Below are positions 7,674-16,660 of a stretch of DNA of 64,000 bases, piece by piece (positions within the stretch are counted from its first letter, which is position 1; every line of letters starts with the position of its first letter). The stretch comes from a virus, in the IMG/VR virus record IMGVR_UViG_3300033145_000529, positions 1 through 64,000 of that record. One strand, written 5' to 3'. Both the position numbers and the translations under genes were made by a program. The notes under the pieces were generated by a model, which worked only from the letters and a program-made list of their open reading frames with translations, was not told the DNA's origin and did no database searches.

Positions 7674-10427
7674 TCAATCATTTTCCATCACAATAATTTT
7701 GCCGAGCTTAGGTGACCATCCCCCAGTATAGTGCTCAGGCGTGACAACCCATATCGTGGGGCATGGTATTGAACGAGGATAAGTACCAGCACCATCCGTA
7801 CAGTATATGATACCATCCACTTTTTGCTTCAATTTGAAGCTCTCACCGTTACCATTCTTATAAACACCCTTTTTCACGAACTTAAACACAGGAGTAAAGT
7901 CAGTTCCACCATAGCCATACCTCTTAATACCTTGACCTGTTGGTGGTTTTCTCTTGTAGTCTTTAACATGAGTAATATCGGCATCGCATTCCACATGAGT
8001 TATACTAACACCTGCGGAGAACATTGCCCCAATTTCCTTCCAGAACATAGCAAATTCTTTATCGTCCACACTACCTGAGCTATCTGTTGCCACCACAAAG
8101 TGTGCTTTCCGCATAACTTTATAGCCTGGGAATACTACAGGGAAGCGTCTGTTCATTCTCTTGCGAGTGCTTACAAAGTGAGAGAACTGGCGAAAACCAT
8201 AGAACCTGCGTAATTCAGATTTCCAAGTTATAGTCTTGTGGGCAAGACACGCATCAACAAGACCTTTCAACCATGCTGGCATATACCCCTGAGACTTCTC
8301 ATTAACCTTATGAACAGCTTTCTTGACCATCTCCTTGATTTTCTCATGTGCCATTTCTTTGTTATCACTATCTGCCGCCCAAGCTTCGTGGTTATCCATA
8401 GGCATTGGTATCATTATTCCATTAACTTCTACACCGCAACCACTACCAGCTCTAGGAGACTCAGTTTTAGACTCAGCTTTCTGTTGACTCTTTCCGCCAG
8501 TGCTATCACCTTCATCTTCTTTTTGTTCGTAGCTCCCATCACCACCACCTTTGCCTTTTTGCTGGTTTTGCCCTTGACCTTCTTGATTGCCAAGACTATT
8601 CTGGTCTTTGGCTTGCCCTTGACCAGAACCTTGCTGTCCAGAGCCTTGCTGTCCTTGTTTACCTTGTCCACCTTGCCCACTTTGTTGACCCTGTTGACCA
8701 GCTTGCCCCTTACCCTTACCAGCCTGCCCCTCCTGACCTTCTCTCATTTGCTCTTTTGCTGCCTTCTCTTGTTGGTTAGTAATTTTACTCCCAATCTCTA
8801 TTACGTATTTTGGAATTTTACTCCATAAAATATCATAATAAACCTCAGAAGCTTTCTCACTTTGAAGGTCAACCTTTTTGTTATCAATCCTAAAATTATG
8901 AATGTCAAGGGGTTCAAAAACATTAACTTTCGGATTAAGTTTCATATTACACATCGGACACCAAGTGGGAAATTGCCCTGATGGTGTTTTCCTCACAAAT
9001 ATATTACACTCTGGACACATTCCACCATATGGCAATCCCTTAATATACTGATTTATGGCAAGGTCAGAATTGTGTGTAATAGCATTAGCTACCAAGAAAG
9101 TATGGTCAGGAGTAGTAATATTATATACTTTGCCAACATAATGTTCCTTCTTTGGTTTTTCTGTTAATAAAGAAGCAACATAATCACCCAAATCAACAAA
9201 ATTTCTTCCCCCGTTTTCGGTATCAATTAAAGTATAATACTTACCATAATCATGAATAGCAAAGTATTTGCCAATTTTAAACCCAAGAAGTTGTAATTGT
9301 AACGCTAAAATTTTGCTTACTGTTTTTACTTGCTTATTAGATTGGCAATAATCTCCTGCTTCATAACCTTCAAAGAAGCTAGAAATAATTTCTTTGTTTA
9401 CATTGTTCATTATAAAGTCAGGGATTTGTTTATTATGTGCTCCTTTACCACACCAACTATTGAAAGCTCTTGCTAAAATTGGAGAACGAGTATCAGCATG
9501 TTTCTTATTGTAATAAACTTTAGTTTTTATTCCACAGTTTCTCTCAACAATATCTGCCCATTTTTCTACTGGGGTAGCATCTTTAAAAGAGAATTCTGGA
9601 GTTCCCTCCCCTGAACCTTCAGCCACATAATATCCCAATGCCCAAGCAGTTTCTTTGTTGATTGGAAATTCTTTTATATGCCAGTTGTGAGCAGACTTGA
9701 TATTTTTAACATATTTTGTCATATCTAATGTAGGGCTATCAAAAGTTCCTTTAATTTTCGGAATAAGAACTGCTAATTTAGAATATTTACCACTTCTTAT
9801 TGTATGAGCTAATTTCCAGTAGGGAGCCGAGAATGTATCATCTCCTCTTGCCCTATTCTTATTCAATCGTTTAACAAGTAATATTGGGTGATTGTAAGTA
9901 GTTTCAATAGGTAACATCCCTCTTGGATTAAAGGAATAAATGTTACCATCATAATCATAATTAGCTATTGCTTTAATTGATTGTAAAACACCTTTGCCAA
10001 ACACAAAATCTCCGCCTTGTAAATCTTTGATAGGTTTATTATCTCCCAATAAGATAGTTTCTGGTTTTAGGCAAGCAATGTTCCACACATAATGATTACG
10101 ATTTTCTATTCGTAAAAGATGCTTATTAAGAATGTGCAAAATTTCATGTTCCAAAACAGCAATCTTTTCCTCTTGGGTTAACCCCCACGAATGTTGAGCA
10201 GGTTTACTCTTGTCGTAATCGCCACTATTATAAAACATATTATTGATAAACAAATGAGGTTGAAGTTCATTGCTTATCATAACGGCAAGCGTTCTAATTA
10301 CTTGACCTGCCCCCACATTAGTTTTATGGTCAACACTATGTCTACGGAATTGTTGGAGTAAATGTCCGTAGAAGTGCTTATGTTGAAGCAAAAGTTCTAT
10401 CACTTCAAGCTCTATAAGTTCCTTCAT
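7674..10427 (-). CDS. HEXXH metallopeptidase-like/VWA protein (DUF2201-type), intein-containing
   Basis: HEILH, WNIA|SDLAINQ after intein removal, Gly/Gln-rich linker, MIDAS DSSGS, GGTDF, TDG; adjacent to MoxR ATPase. Confidence 0.85.
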   Translation of the reverse strand: MKELIELEVIELLLQHKHFYGHLLQQFRRHSVDHKTNVGAGQVIRTLAVMISNELQPHLFINNMFYNSGDYDKSKPAQHSWGLTQEEKIAVLEHEILHILNKHLLRIENRNHYVWNIACLKPETILLGDNKPIKDLQGGDFVFGKGVLQSIKAIANYDYDGNIYSFNPRGMLPIETTYNHPILLVKRLNKNRARGDDTFSAPYWKLAHTIRSGKYSKLAVLIPKIKGTFDSPTLDMTKYVKNIKSAHNWHIKEFPINKETAWALGYYVAEGSGEGTPEFSFKDATPVEKWADIVERNCGIKTKVYYNKKHADTRSPILARAFNSWCGKGAHNKQIPDFIMNNVNKEIISSFFEGYEAGDYCQSNKQVKTVSKILALQLQLLGFKIGKYFAIHDYGKYYTLIDTENGGRNFVDLGDYVASLLTEKPKKEHYVGKVYNITTPDHTFLVANAITHNSDLAINQYIKGLPYGGMCPECNIFVRKTPSGQFPTWCPMCNMKLNPKVNVFEPLDIHNFRIDNKKVDLQSEKASEVYYDILWSKIPKYVIEIGSKITNQQEKAAKEQMREGQEGQAGKGKGQAGQQGQQSGQGGQGKQGQQGSGQQGSGQGQAKDQNSLGNQEGQGQNQQKGKGGGDGSYEQKEDEGDSTGGKSQQKAESKTESPRAGSGCGVEVNGIMIPMPMDNHEAWAADSDNKEMAHEKIKEMVKKAVHKVNEKSQGYMPAWLKGLVDACLAHKTITWKSELRRFYGFRQFSHFVSTRKRMNRRFPVVFPGYKVMRKAHFVVATDSSGSVDDKEFAMFWKEIGAMFSAGVSITHVECDADITHVKDYKRKPPTGQGIKRYGYGGTDFTPVFKFVKKGVYKNGNGESFKLKQKVDGIIYCTDGAGTYPRSIPCPTIWVVTPEHYTGGWSPKLGKIIVMEND
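9069..10073 (-). mobile_element. intein with LAGLIDADG endonuclease domain (335 aa)
   Basis: Starts CLKPET, block B TYNHP, WALGYYVAEG and FFEGYEAGD, ends VYNIT...THN followed by Ser. Confidence 0.9.
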
Positions 10428-10476
10428 ACTGTGCTCCTGTTCAGTTTACTGTTACAACTAATACTCCTACCCATTC

Positions 10477-11652
10477 TTAACCAATATCCCCTCTTGTCTG
10501 TTTCAAGATTGAGAACAAATCATCACGCTTGAGCAGTAGCCTATCGTTTATATCATTATTCAAAGCAAGGTCTTTCAACACTGAGAATGCCAAATCCTCT
10601 GGTAAAAGTATAAAGAAGTTACCGAGATTAGTAAGTTGCTTTTCATTATATTTACTTGACTTACCACTAGCAAGACACTGATTTATTTCATCAAGTGTAA
10701 CTCTGAGCAAGTCAAACCGAACATCCCCTTCACCAGCTTCCACTTGTGCCACAACTCTATCCCTAACTTTAGGGAAATGGTTGAAGATGTCAGCCGCTTT
10801 AATTGGTTTATCAAGGTCAGTTTTTAGAGACTGCGTAAAGGCAATTGCGGCAGTCGGTCCAATTACTGTCTCTGCAACTTCTGCCCAATATTTTCTTGGG
10901 ATAGTATCCCCACTTAGAAGTTTATGTAGAAACTCATAGGAACGTGGAGATGGGGTAATTTCAACAGGTATATCTATCGCATCGTTGCCGAGGAACTTCT
11001 CCTCTGTAGCAATAAAATCAATAATGTCCCCCATTACCCCATAATCACGTGCCCACCTTAACCAATTAGGTGTGGTCAAAGTGAATTTCATATTAACAAA
11101 CCTATCCAGCAAAGCGGGATCAATTTCTTCCACATTGTATTCTTGACCAGTGCCAGCATCGGTTGAGGGTGGATTACAAGCACACACAATCGCACAATCA
11201 TCAGGAATTTTGTGAGTATGTATTCTACGGTCAAGCACAATCTGGAATGCCGCTTGCTGTACATCAAGACGACCACGATTGAACTCATCAAAGAAAATAC
11301 AGCGTTTCTCACCATTTGACGGAAACCATGACGGTGCTAACCAGACCGTTCTACCGATGATAGGAATTTTAGCCTGTTCTTGCTGTTCACACATCGGACA
11401 GTAAGCAGTTTTTACCCCAAAACCATACTTGGTTTGGCACTTCGGACAGTAGTATTCCTGTGCTGGCATACCAATGAGGTCACCAACCTCAAGCTGTCCG
11501 AGTCTAAGGTCAATAACGTCATAATCTAGTGCCTCAAATACTTCTCTGGTAATCATGCTTTTACCAATACCATGACGCCCCCAAAGCATAGCTGTAAGAC
11601 CAACTTCTGAGCAACGCTTTAGGATTAACTGGATAAGCGTAATATTCTCCAT
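10477..11652 (-). CDS. MoxR-like AAA+ ATPase with zinc-ribbon insertion
   Basis: Walker A GRHGIGKS, Walker B FFDEFNR, DPALLDRF, SPRS; CPKC...CPMC insert. Confidence 0.88.
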   Translation of the reverse strand: MENITLIQLILKRCSEVGLTAMLWGRHGIGKSMITREVFEALDYDVIDLRLGQLEVGDLIGMPAQEYYCPKCQTKYGFGVKTAYCPMCEQQEQAKIPIIGRTVWLAPSWFPSNGEKRCIFFDEFNRGRLDVQQAAFQIVLDRRIHTHKIPDDCAIVCACNPPSTDAGTGQEYNVEEIDPALLDRFVNMKFTLTTPNWLRWARDYGVMGDIIDFIATEEKFLGNDAIDIPVEITPSPRSYEFLHKLLSGDTIPRKYWAEVAETVIGPTAAIAFTQSLKTDLDKPIKAADIFNHFPKVRDRVVAQVEAGEGDVRFDLLRVTLDEINQCLASGKSSKYNEKQLTNLGNFFILLPEDLAFSVLKDLALNNDINDRLLLKRDDLFSILKQTRGDIG

Positions 11653-11679
11653 AAATCAACCCTCTCCACTGTTTCTTTA

Positions 11680-11708
11680 ATTATATCACATGCCGTTAGC
11701 TTTGTCAA
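11680..11708 (-). promoter_or_regulatory. sigma70-type promoter
   Basis: TTGACA-17-TATAAT, GGCATGTG spacer. Confidence 0.85.
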
Positions 11709-11711
11709 CTG

Positions 11712-12251
11712 CTACTCTCGGCTACAAACATTAGCCTTTTCTTGGGTTGCTATTAAAAACCAACCATCAAATGTCTCGCCATCAACCAATTTCGGAATTT
11801 GGGTAAGTTTAACTCGTTGCCGTTTTGCTATATTATTGAGTGCTCTCATCTGCCCTAAACTAAATGGTCTAGTGTCAGTCTTATACATTACATCAATAAC
11901 AAAATTTCTTGCTCTCCCTAGCTCCAAGTCTAATAGCCGATATCCCACTTTTCTTGTCTCTACTTGCTCAAATAACCTATCATCACTCATAACACACATA
12001 TCAATGTAGAGACTTGTGGCAAAGCTTTTCTGCTTATCCGTGAGACTTCCCTTCCCTTCCACGAAAGCTTTTAAGCTATCAACTGTGCTCCGTGTCCAGG
12101 GCAAACGTTTTTTGGTTTCTTCCAACCTACTCCAAAGTGTTTGATATTCGGGAGTGGCGAGAAACTTATTTAGGTTATCTTCCTTGTCTTTACCAGTAAA
12201 CCCTTCACCGATTGGAACAACACGCCTTTTACGGTTGCTTATCTTTCTCAT
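11712..12251 (-). CDS. hypothetical protein
   Basis: 179 aa ORF in operon. Confidence 0.65.
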   Translation of the reverse strand: MRKISNRKRRVVPIGEGFTGKDKEDNLNKFLATPEYQTLWSRLEETKKRLPWTRSTVDSLKAFVEGKGSLTDKQKSFATSLYIDMCVMSDDRLFEQVETRKVGYRLLDLELGRARNFVIDVMYKTDTRPFSLGQMRALNNIAKRQRVKLTQIPKLVDGETFDGWFLIATQEKANVCSRE

Positions 12252-12621
12252 TATTGTTTTTTCCTATATCGTTCAATCCCTTCAAATCTTCATTCTTGAA
12301 CCAACATCCCATAATATCAGTGAATTGCTTTAATCCTACAGTACTACTAATTCCAGCATCCAAAATTCTAAGCAAAAGCATATATTCTAATGCCATTGAT
12401 ACAGAAATGGAATTTGGGTCACCTACCATTACTGCACCCATCGCTAATTTGTTTGCCCTCTCTACAATGTAATGAAAAAGAACGGGGTTTTTGTTGTGTA
12501 AGTTATGTAACTCCTCATTGAGCCAAGGCTTAATTTGACCTTGAACAATTTGTTGGTTAAGCATACCGAATTGCTCTTTAATCTGCTCTTCGGCAATCTT
12601 TGGTATGTGGTCTAATGTCAT
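12229..12621 (-). CDS. hypothetical protein
   Basis: 130 aa ORF in operon. Confidence 0.65.
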   Translation of the reverse strand: MTLDHIPKIAEEQIKEQFGMLNQQIVQGQIKPWLNEELHNLHNKNPVLFHYIVERANKLAMGAVMVGDPNSISVSMALEYMLLLRILDAGISSTVGLKQFTDIMGCWFKNEDLKGLNDIGKNNNEKDKQP

Positions 12622-12764
12622 ATCATCATCCTCACTATCGTTATAATCCTCATCACTACTATCATCATTACGGCAAACTGAATATTAGGGTCAAACACCA
12701 TCCAAAACGGTGCGATTTTTAATAGTTCCTCACTCATAACTGCCTCCATTTTCCTGCTCTTACC

Positions 12765-12913
12765 GAGTCGGGTGAAGCGATGCCGCACCACTGTTTTGGT
12801 TGGTTACTTGTAATCCTGATTGCAACTTGTTACAATCTGGCGACTCACTCAATAGCTCGACTTTCGTGCTATATCCCCCATGAGTGGAATAGCACCACTT
12901 CACTCCGCAACTC
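12765..12913 (-). ncRNA. candidate structured RNA (149 nt)
   Basis: Long closing helix GTGAAGTGGTGC/GCATCGCTTCAC with G-U pairs valid only on the minus strand, plus internal hairpins. Confidence 0.5.
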
Positions 12914-12914
12914 C

Positions 12915-13235
12915 TCAACTTGGGCGGAAATGTCGAAGAAGGTCGTCATCTTCTTGTGCCTTTTCTGCTTCCTTCTCTAATTTATACAACATCTTCATTT
13001 GGGCTTTCTGTATATAAACTTGCACCATTGAACGAATAATATTAACCAATACAACCACCCCACAGAAAATGGCAACACCTTTTAATGCTGTTAGAAATGA
13101 TAGTGGGGCTGCAATTGATAACGCCGCAACACCAACTATATTCCATGCAAGCATTAACAATCCTGCAAATGCACAAGCAAGTCCACTGAGCAACGCTATC
13201 CCACTCAAAATACTAGCCAGAGTAGAACGTTTCAT
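12915..13235 (-). CDS. membrane protein
   Basis: Two long hydrophobic segments. Confidence 0.65.
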   Translation of the reverse strand: MKRSTLASILSGIALLSGLACAFAGLLMLAWNIVGVAALSIAAPLSFLTALKGVAIFCGVVVLVNIIRSMVQVYIQKAQMKMLYKLEKEAEKAQEDDDLLRHFRPS

Positions 13236-13236
13236 A

Positions 13237-13986
13237 TCAGTTCCCCTTCACTAGTGCCTTTAACACATCCTCAAGATTTTGCTGTGGTTTATCTTGTTCA
13301 GTAGTTACTTGAGCTACCTCACCAGCAAGCTTCTTCGTTGCCAGTACACTCAGAGCGTCAAGATACTTGTCTGAGTAATCGGTATAATTAAATACCCCCG
13401 AATACTTGCTAATAACCTGCGTTATCAGGTCGATCTGTTCATCAGTAACTTGATGTTTTGGCACTTGTGGAGATGGTTTTATCTCGTTGTTCCAGAACAT
13501 AGTAGAAAGCACCAACCCACCATTTGTGGGGTGAATAACACAGAGATTTTCTCGCTGTGATATTGCTACTTTACCGATTGCTACTTTGCCAAGCTTTTTC
13601 AGACCCTCCATAAAAAGGTTGAAAGCACTTTCCGCCCCGACTTCCTGCGGTGAAAGGTAATAACCAGTGTCAAATGTTAGCGAGTTAAGTTCCTTTGCCT
13701 CAACAAATCGGTCAATTTCAATGTTCTTCGTGGTAGATAATGGAAGCGTGGCGAGTTCCTCTTTAGTAAAGGTTACCACATTACCTTTACTCACTTCAAG
13801 ACCCTTGACAATATCGGCATCTGTAATATCCTTGCCGCAAGCTTTGCAGATTTTCTTTCTGCCACCAAGTCCCATATCATCTTTATGGTATTCGTGCAAG
13901 TTACTCTTGGCTCCTCTTGCTACATTGTCTAGTCTAACAGGAATGAGAAACCCCCCACCGATTGAGATAGACATTTTTCTTGCCAT
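13237..13986 (-). CDS. ku: Ku DNA end-binding protein
   Basis: IPVRL, DIVKGLEV, IEIDRFV, YYLSP, GKVAIGKV, LSTMFW, YTDYSDKY: prokaryotic Ku core. Confidence 0.85.
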   Translation of the reverse strand: MARKMSISIGGGFLIPVRLDNVARGAKSNLHEYHKDDMGLGGRKKICKACGKDITDADIVKGLEVSKGNVVTFTKEELATLPLSTTKNIEIDRFVEAKELNSLTFDTGYYLSPQEVGAESAFNLFMEGLKKLGKVAIGKVAISQRENLCVIHPTNGGLVLSTMFWNNEIKPSPQVPKHQVTDEQIDLITQVISKYSGVFNYTDYSDKYLDALSVLATKKLAGEVAQVTTEQDKPQQNLEDVLKALVKGN

Positions 13987-14102
13987 TTTTATCCTCTCCT
14001 TACTATTTGGGTAGAAATTAAGGTATTACGTGGGTTTTTAGTTACAAACTTAGGTAAGGAATTAAACACAGTAAAGCATTGAAACCTATCACCCCACCCT
14101 TT

Positions 14103-14131
14103 ATTATACCACGAGCCACATTAGTTGTCAA
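14103..14131 (-). promoter_or_regulatory. sigma70-type promoter upstream of Ku
   Basis: TTGACA-17-TATAAT, GGCTCGTG spacer. Confidence 0.85.
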
Positions 14132-14207
14132 GCCCTATTCCTCCTCGCTTGTGCAAGCTAGTATGTTCACCATGTGCCAACGCATCTAAAGTAACCTAAC
14201 TCCTTTG

Positions 14208-14861
14208 CTAACTTAGCTTGCATACCAAATACCTTAAATATTTTGTATCAATCTTTTTATTATCTAATGACCTTTTAATCACAGATGTTTTAGCTGTTGC
14301 CCAACTATCGTCTCTTACTGATGCCAAATCTTCCGTGAGTAATTTCCAGATTGTTCCGCCCAATCTACAGTATCCAAATCCGTTTTTAGTTTCATAACTT
14401 AACCCAACTTTACCCATCTTCTCTCTCAGATTTTGAAGCTGTTCCAATTGCTCATCACGCTTTTTTACCACTACTTTTACTACAGCTTCTTCTTTTTTAG
14501 TTTCGGGGCTTTTCCCTATGGGAGGAATATGTTCACCATCATCTACATTACCAGTCCAACAATTGAAAACACATGGACACCCCTCACATACTACTTCATA
14601 GCCAGTATCCATGCTTCCTGACAATCTTGACCGACAATCTTGATGAAGGATAATGTTTGGTTGAGGGCGGTCTGCGTTCCATCCTGCATATCCTCTACTT
14701 AACCCTTTGTTTCTGCCTCTCTTTATCTTAGTTGGAAGCAAGTGGCAATTACTAGCATGACAGTAAGGACAAATCATTTTATCTAATATAAAATGTGTGA
14801 AGGCAAACTTCCTAAACTTATCACGCTCAGATAAGGTAGTAAAGTCTTTGCCACATTTCAA
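14208..14861 (-). CDS. hypothetical protein with CX2CX5C motif
   Basis: CPYC and CEGCPCVFNCWT. Confidence 0.65.
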   Translation of the reverse strand: MKCGKDFTTLSERDKFRKFAFTHFILDKMICPYCHASNCHLLPTKIKRGRNKGLSRGYAGWNADRPQPNIILHQDCRSRLSGSMDTGYEVVCEGCPCVFNCWTGNVDDGEHIPPIGKSPETKKEEAVVKVVVKKRDEQLEQLQNLREKMGKVGLSYETKNGFGYCRLGGTIWKLLTEDLASVRDDSWATAKTSVIKRSLDNKKIDTKYLRYLVCKLS

Positions 14862-15217
14862 GCATCTAAATTTCGTAGCCTTTTCTCCTTTCCCTCTTTC
14901 TCAACATAAATCCCTGTCAAACTCTGGTCTACACCTTTACTTGCAAGATACCATTGGATTATCTCACCGAGAGTAGGTCTTTCCGATGGAAGTGACAATT
15001 TAAGCAAATCATCATTGAAGTTTATACGCAGAGCATCTCCAGTATAGCAACGGAATTTTAGTTTACACTTATCACAAGCTTTGGTACTCTGCCCCAAACA
15101 TCTATTATCTAAAAGTATTTCATACTTATCAAATACAAGAATTATTTCTTTTCCTGGCTTTTCTTTGAGTTCCCTAACCTTAATAGTAATGTTATCGCTA
15201 CTGTCTAATCGTATCAT
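14858..15217 (-). CDS. hypothetical protein with CX2CX5C motif
   Basis: CDKCKLKFRCYT. Confidence 0.7.
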   Translation of the reverse strand: MIRLDSSDNITIKVRELKEKPGKEIILVFDKYEILLDNRCLGQSTKACDKCKLKFRCYTGDALRINFNDDLLKLSLPSERPTLGEIIQWYLASKGVDQSLTGIYVEKEGKEKRLRNLDA

Positions 15218-15453
15218 TGCTCTCTGCCCTCTTTATTCTCTCTCTCTGTCCAACACTTAAATCTAATTATACAATTATCACAGAATATTTGGTCTACTTT
15301 GCCAGCTATACCACTCCAATTACAAGTAAAAAACTTAGAAGTTTCACCGCATCTAGGACACCTATCAAAGTCATGTTCCGCTAGAGCAAACAAATGGTCA
15401 CAATCTGTGCATACAAATGCCGCAGGGTATTGACCATAACCATGCCGTATCAT
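15214..15453 (-). CDS. zinc-ribbon protein with CX2CX5C motif
   Basis: CTDC, CPRC, CDNCIIRFKCWT. Confidence 0.7.
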   Translation of the reverse strand: MIRHGYGQYPAAFVCTDCDHLFALAEHDFDRCPRCGETSKFFTCNWSGIAGKVDQIFCDNCIIRFKCWTERENKEGREQ

Positions 15454-16379
15454 TTTACTGTATCAACCCCATCAATACTCTTATCAAGACGAATACCTTT
15501 AAACTGAGGATGCCGTAGAGAATTAACACTGCCATCTTCATTACGTATTACGCCATTATATTTTACCTTAACTACAATTTTCTGGTCAACATATGTTTCA
15601 TCGCCTTTATGCCCTGTCACCATACCGTTTAATACGGTGAGCAAAGTTTCTTTCATTACCGTCTTAGAACCAAAGCCACCACCAACGTATGATAGTGGAA
15701 TTATTTCACCATCTACTCTATGACCAACTAGAATAGATAATGTTTTTGCCCTTCTAGTTCCAGATTGATAGCCAATAATAACAAAATCACCCTCAGTTTC
15801 AAATTTCCGCTTTGTCCATTCGTATGTTATGCCATTGATATACTTTGACTCTGGAGTTTTGGCAATAATTCCTTCGTATCCCCCATCAATTACTATCTGA
15901 TATAAGTCGTCTAGTTCTTGTTGGTCGGCAACAATAACACTAGGAATAAGCACAGCATTTGGAGTGTAGAATTTCAATTGCTCTAAGAAGTTTCTAGTTG
16001 CTGTATATGTTAGATTATTCCAAAGCTGGCGTCCAGCGTATTCGAGACAACTAAAGAAACCAAGACTACAATTAGGATCAAGTTTGTGCCTTGCAAAGTC
16101 ATAGAAATCTTTACCACCGCCCCAAACAAGTTCAGCTAGGAACACACTGTCATCTGGAATTTTATCCTCAATTTCGTTGAGAACTGGCATCTCCATCCGT
16201 ATCCTACCATGCTCAGGTTTGTTAGCAAGATAGAGTTTACCTTCTTGTTTGATAACATATTGCATCTCGCCGTCAAGTTTGATCTCAACTCGGCAGGGGT
16301 AAGTGAACGACTCCCCCTCTATCTCCATGAAGGGCAATCCATCATAAAGAGGACTATTCTTATCCTGGTATGTTTTCAT
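15450..16379 (-). CDS. ATP-dependent DNA ligase (minimal)
   Basis: EIKLDG, EGIIAK, WTKRK, VGGGF, SLRHPQF..IRLDK; start adjusted to MKTYQ. Confidence 0.88.
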   Translation of the reverse strand: MKTYQDKNSPLYDGLPFMEIEGESFTYPCRVEIKLDGEMQYVIKQEGKLYLANKPEHGRIRMEMPVLNEIEDKIPDDSVFLAELVWGGGKDFYDFARHKLDPNCSLGFFSCLEYAGRQLWNNLTYTATRNFLEQLKFYTPNAVLIPSVIVADQQELDDLYQIVIDGGYEGIIAKTPESKYINGITYEWTKRKFETEGDFVIIGYQSGTRRAKTLSILVGHRVDGEIIPLSYVGGGFGSKTVMKETLLTVLNGMVTGHKGDETYVDQKIVVKVKYNGVIRNEDGSVNSLRHPQFKGIRLDKSIDGVDTVK

Positions 16380-16660
16380 TGAAGTTCCCCCAGTATATTC
16401 GGAAAACATAGCACTTCTATTGCCACTAATCTGAAACTCCCAAAATCACCCTTGAACCAATTCCTACAGTTGCCACTATCCTCATTACCACATTCGCATT
16501 TTGGTGGTAATAACACACTATAAGGATAGAAGCACAACTTTCTGCCGCATTTGTTACACTTAACAGTAACGTAATCTTCGGGTATCAAATCCCTTGCTTT
16601 TAGTATTTTGCGGGCTTTTTGTGCTTTCGTGCTCAACTTCCACAATACTCGTTCCAGCAC
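16376..16660 (-). CDS. zinc-ribbon hypothetical protein
   Basis: CNKC...CECG. Confidence 0.55.
   Translation of the reverse strand: MLERVLWKLSTKAQKARKILKARDLIPEDYVTVKCNKCGRKLCFYPYSVLLPPKCECGNEDSGNCRNWFKGDFGSFRLVAIEVLCFPNILGELQ

Noticed and set aside
8440-8760. Low-complexity repeats as a separate element
   Set aside because: They encode the Gly/Gln linker usual in this VWA protein family.
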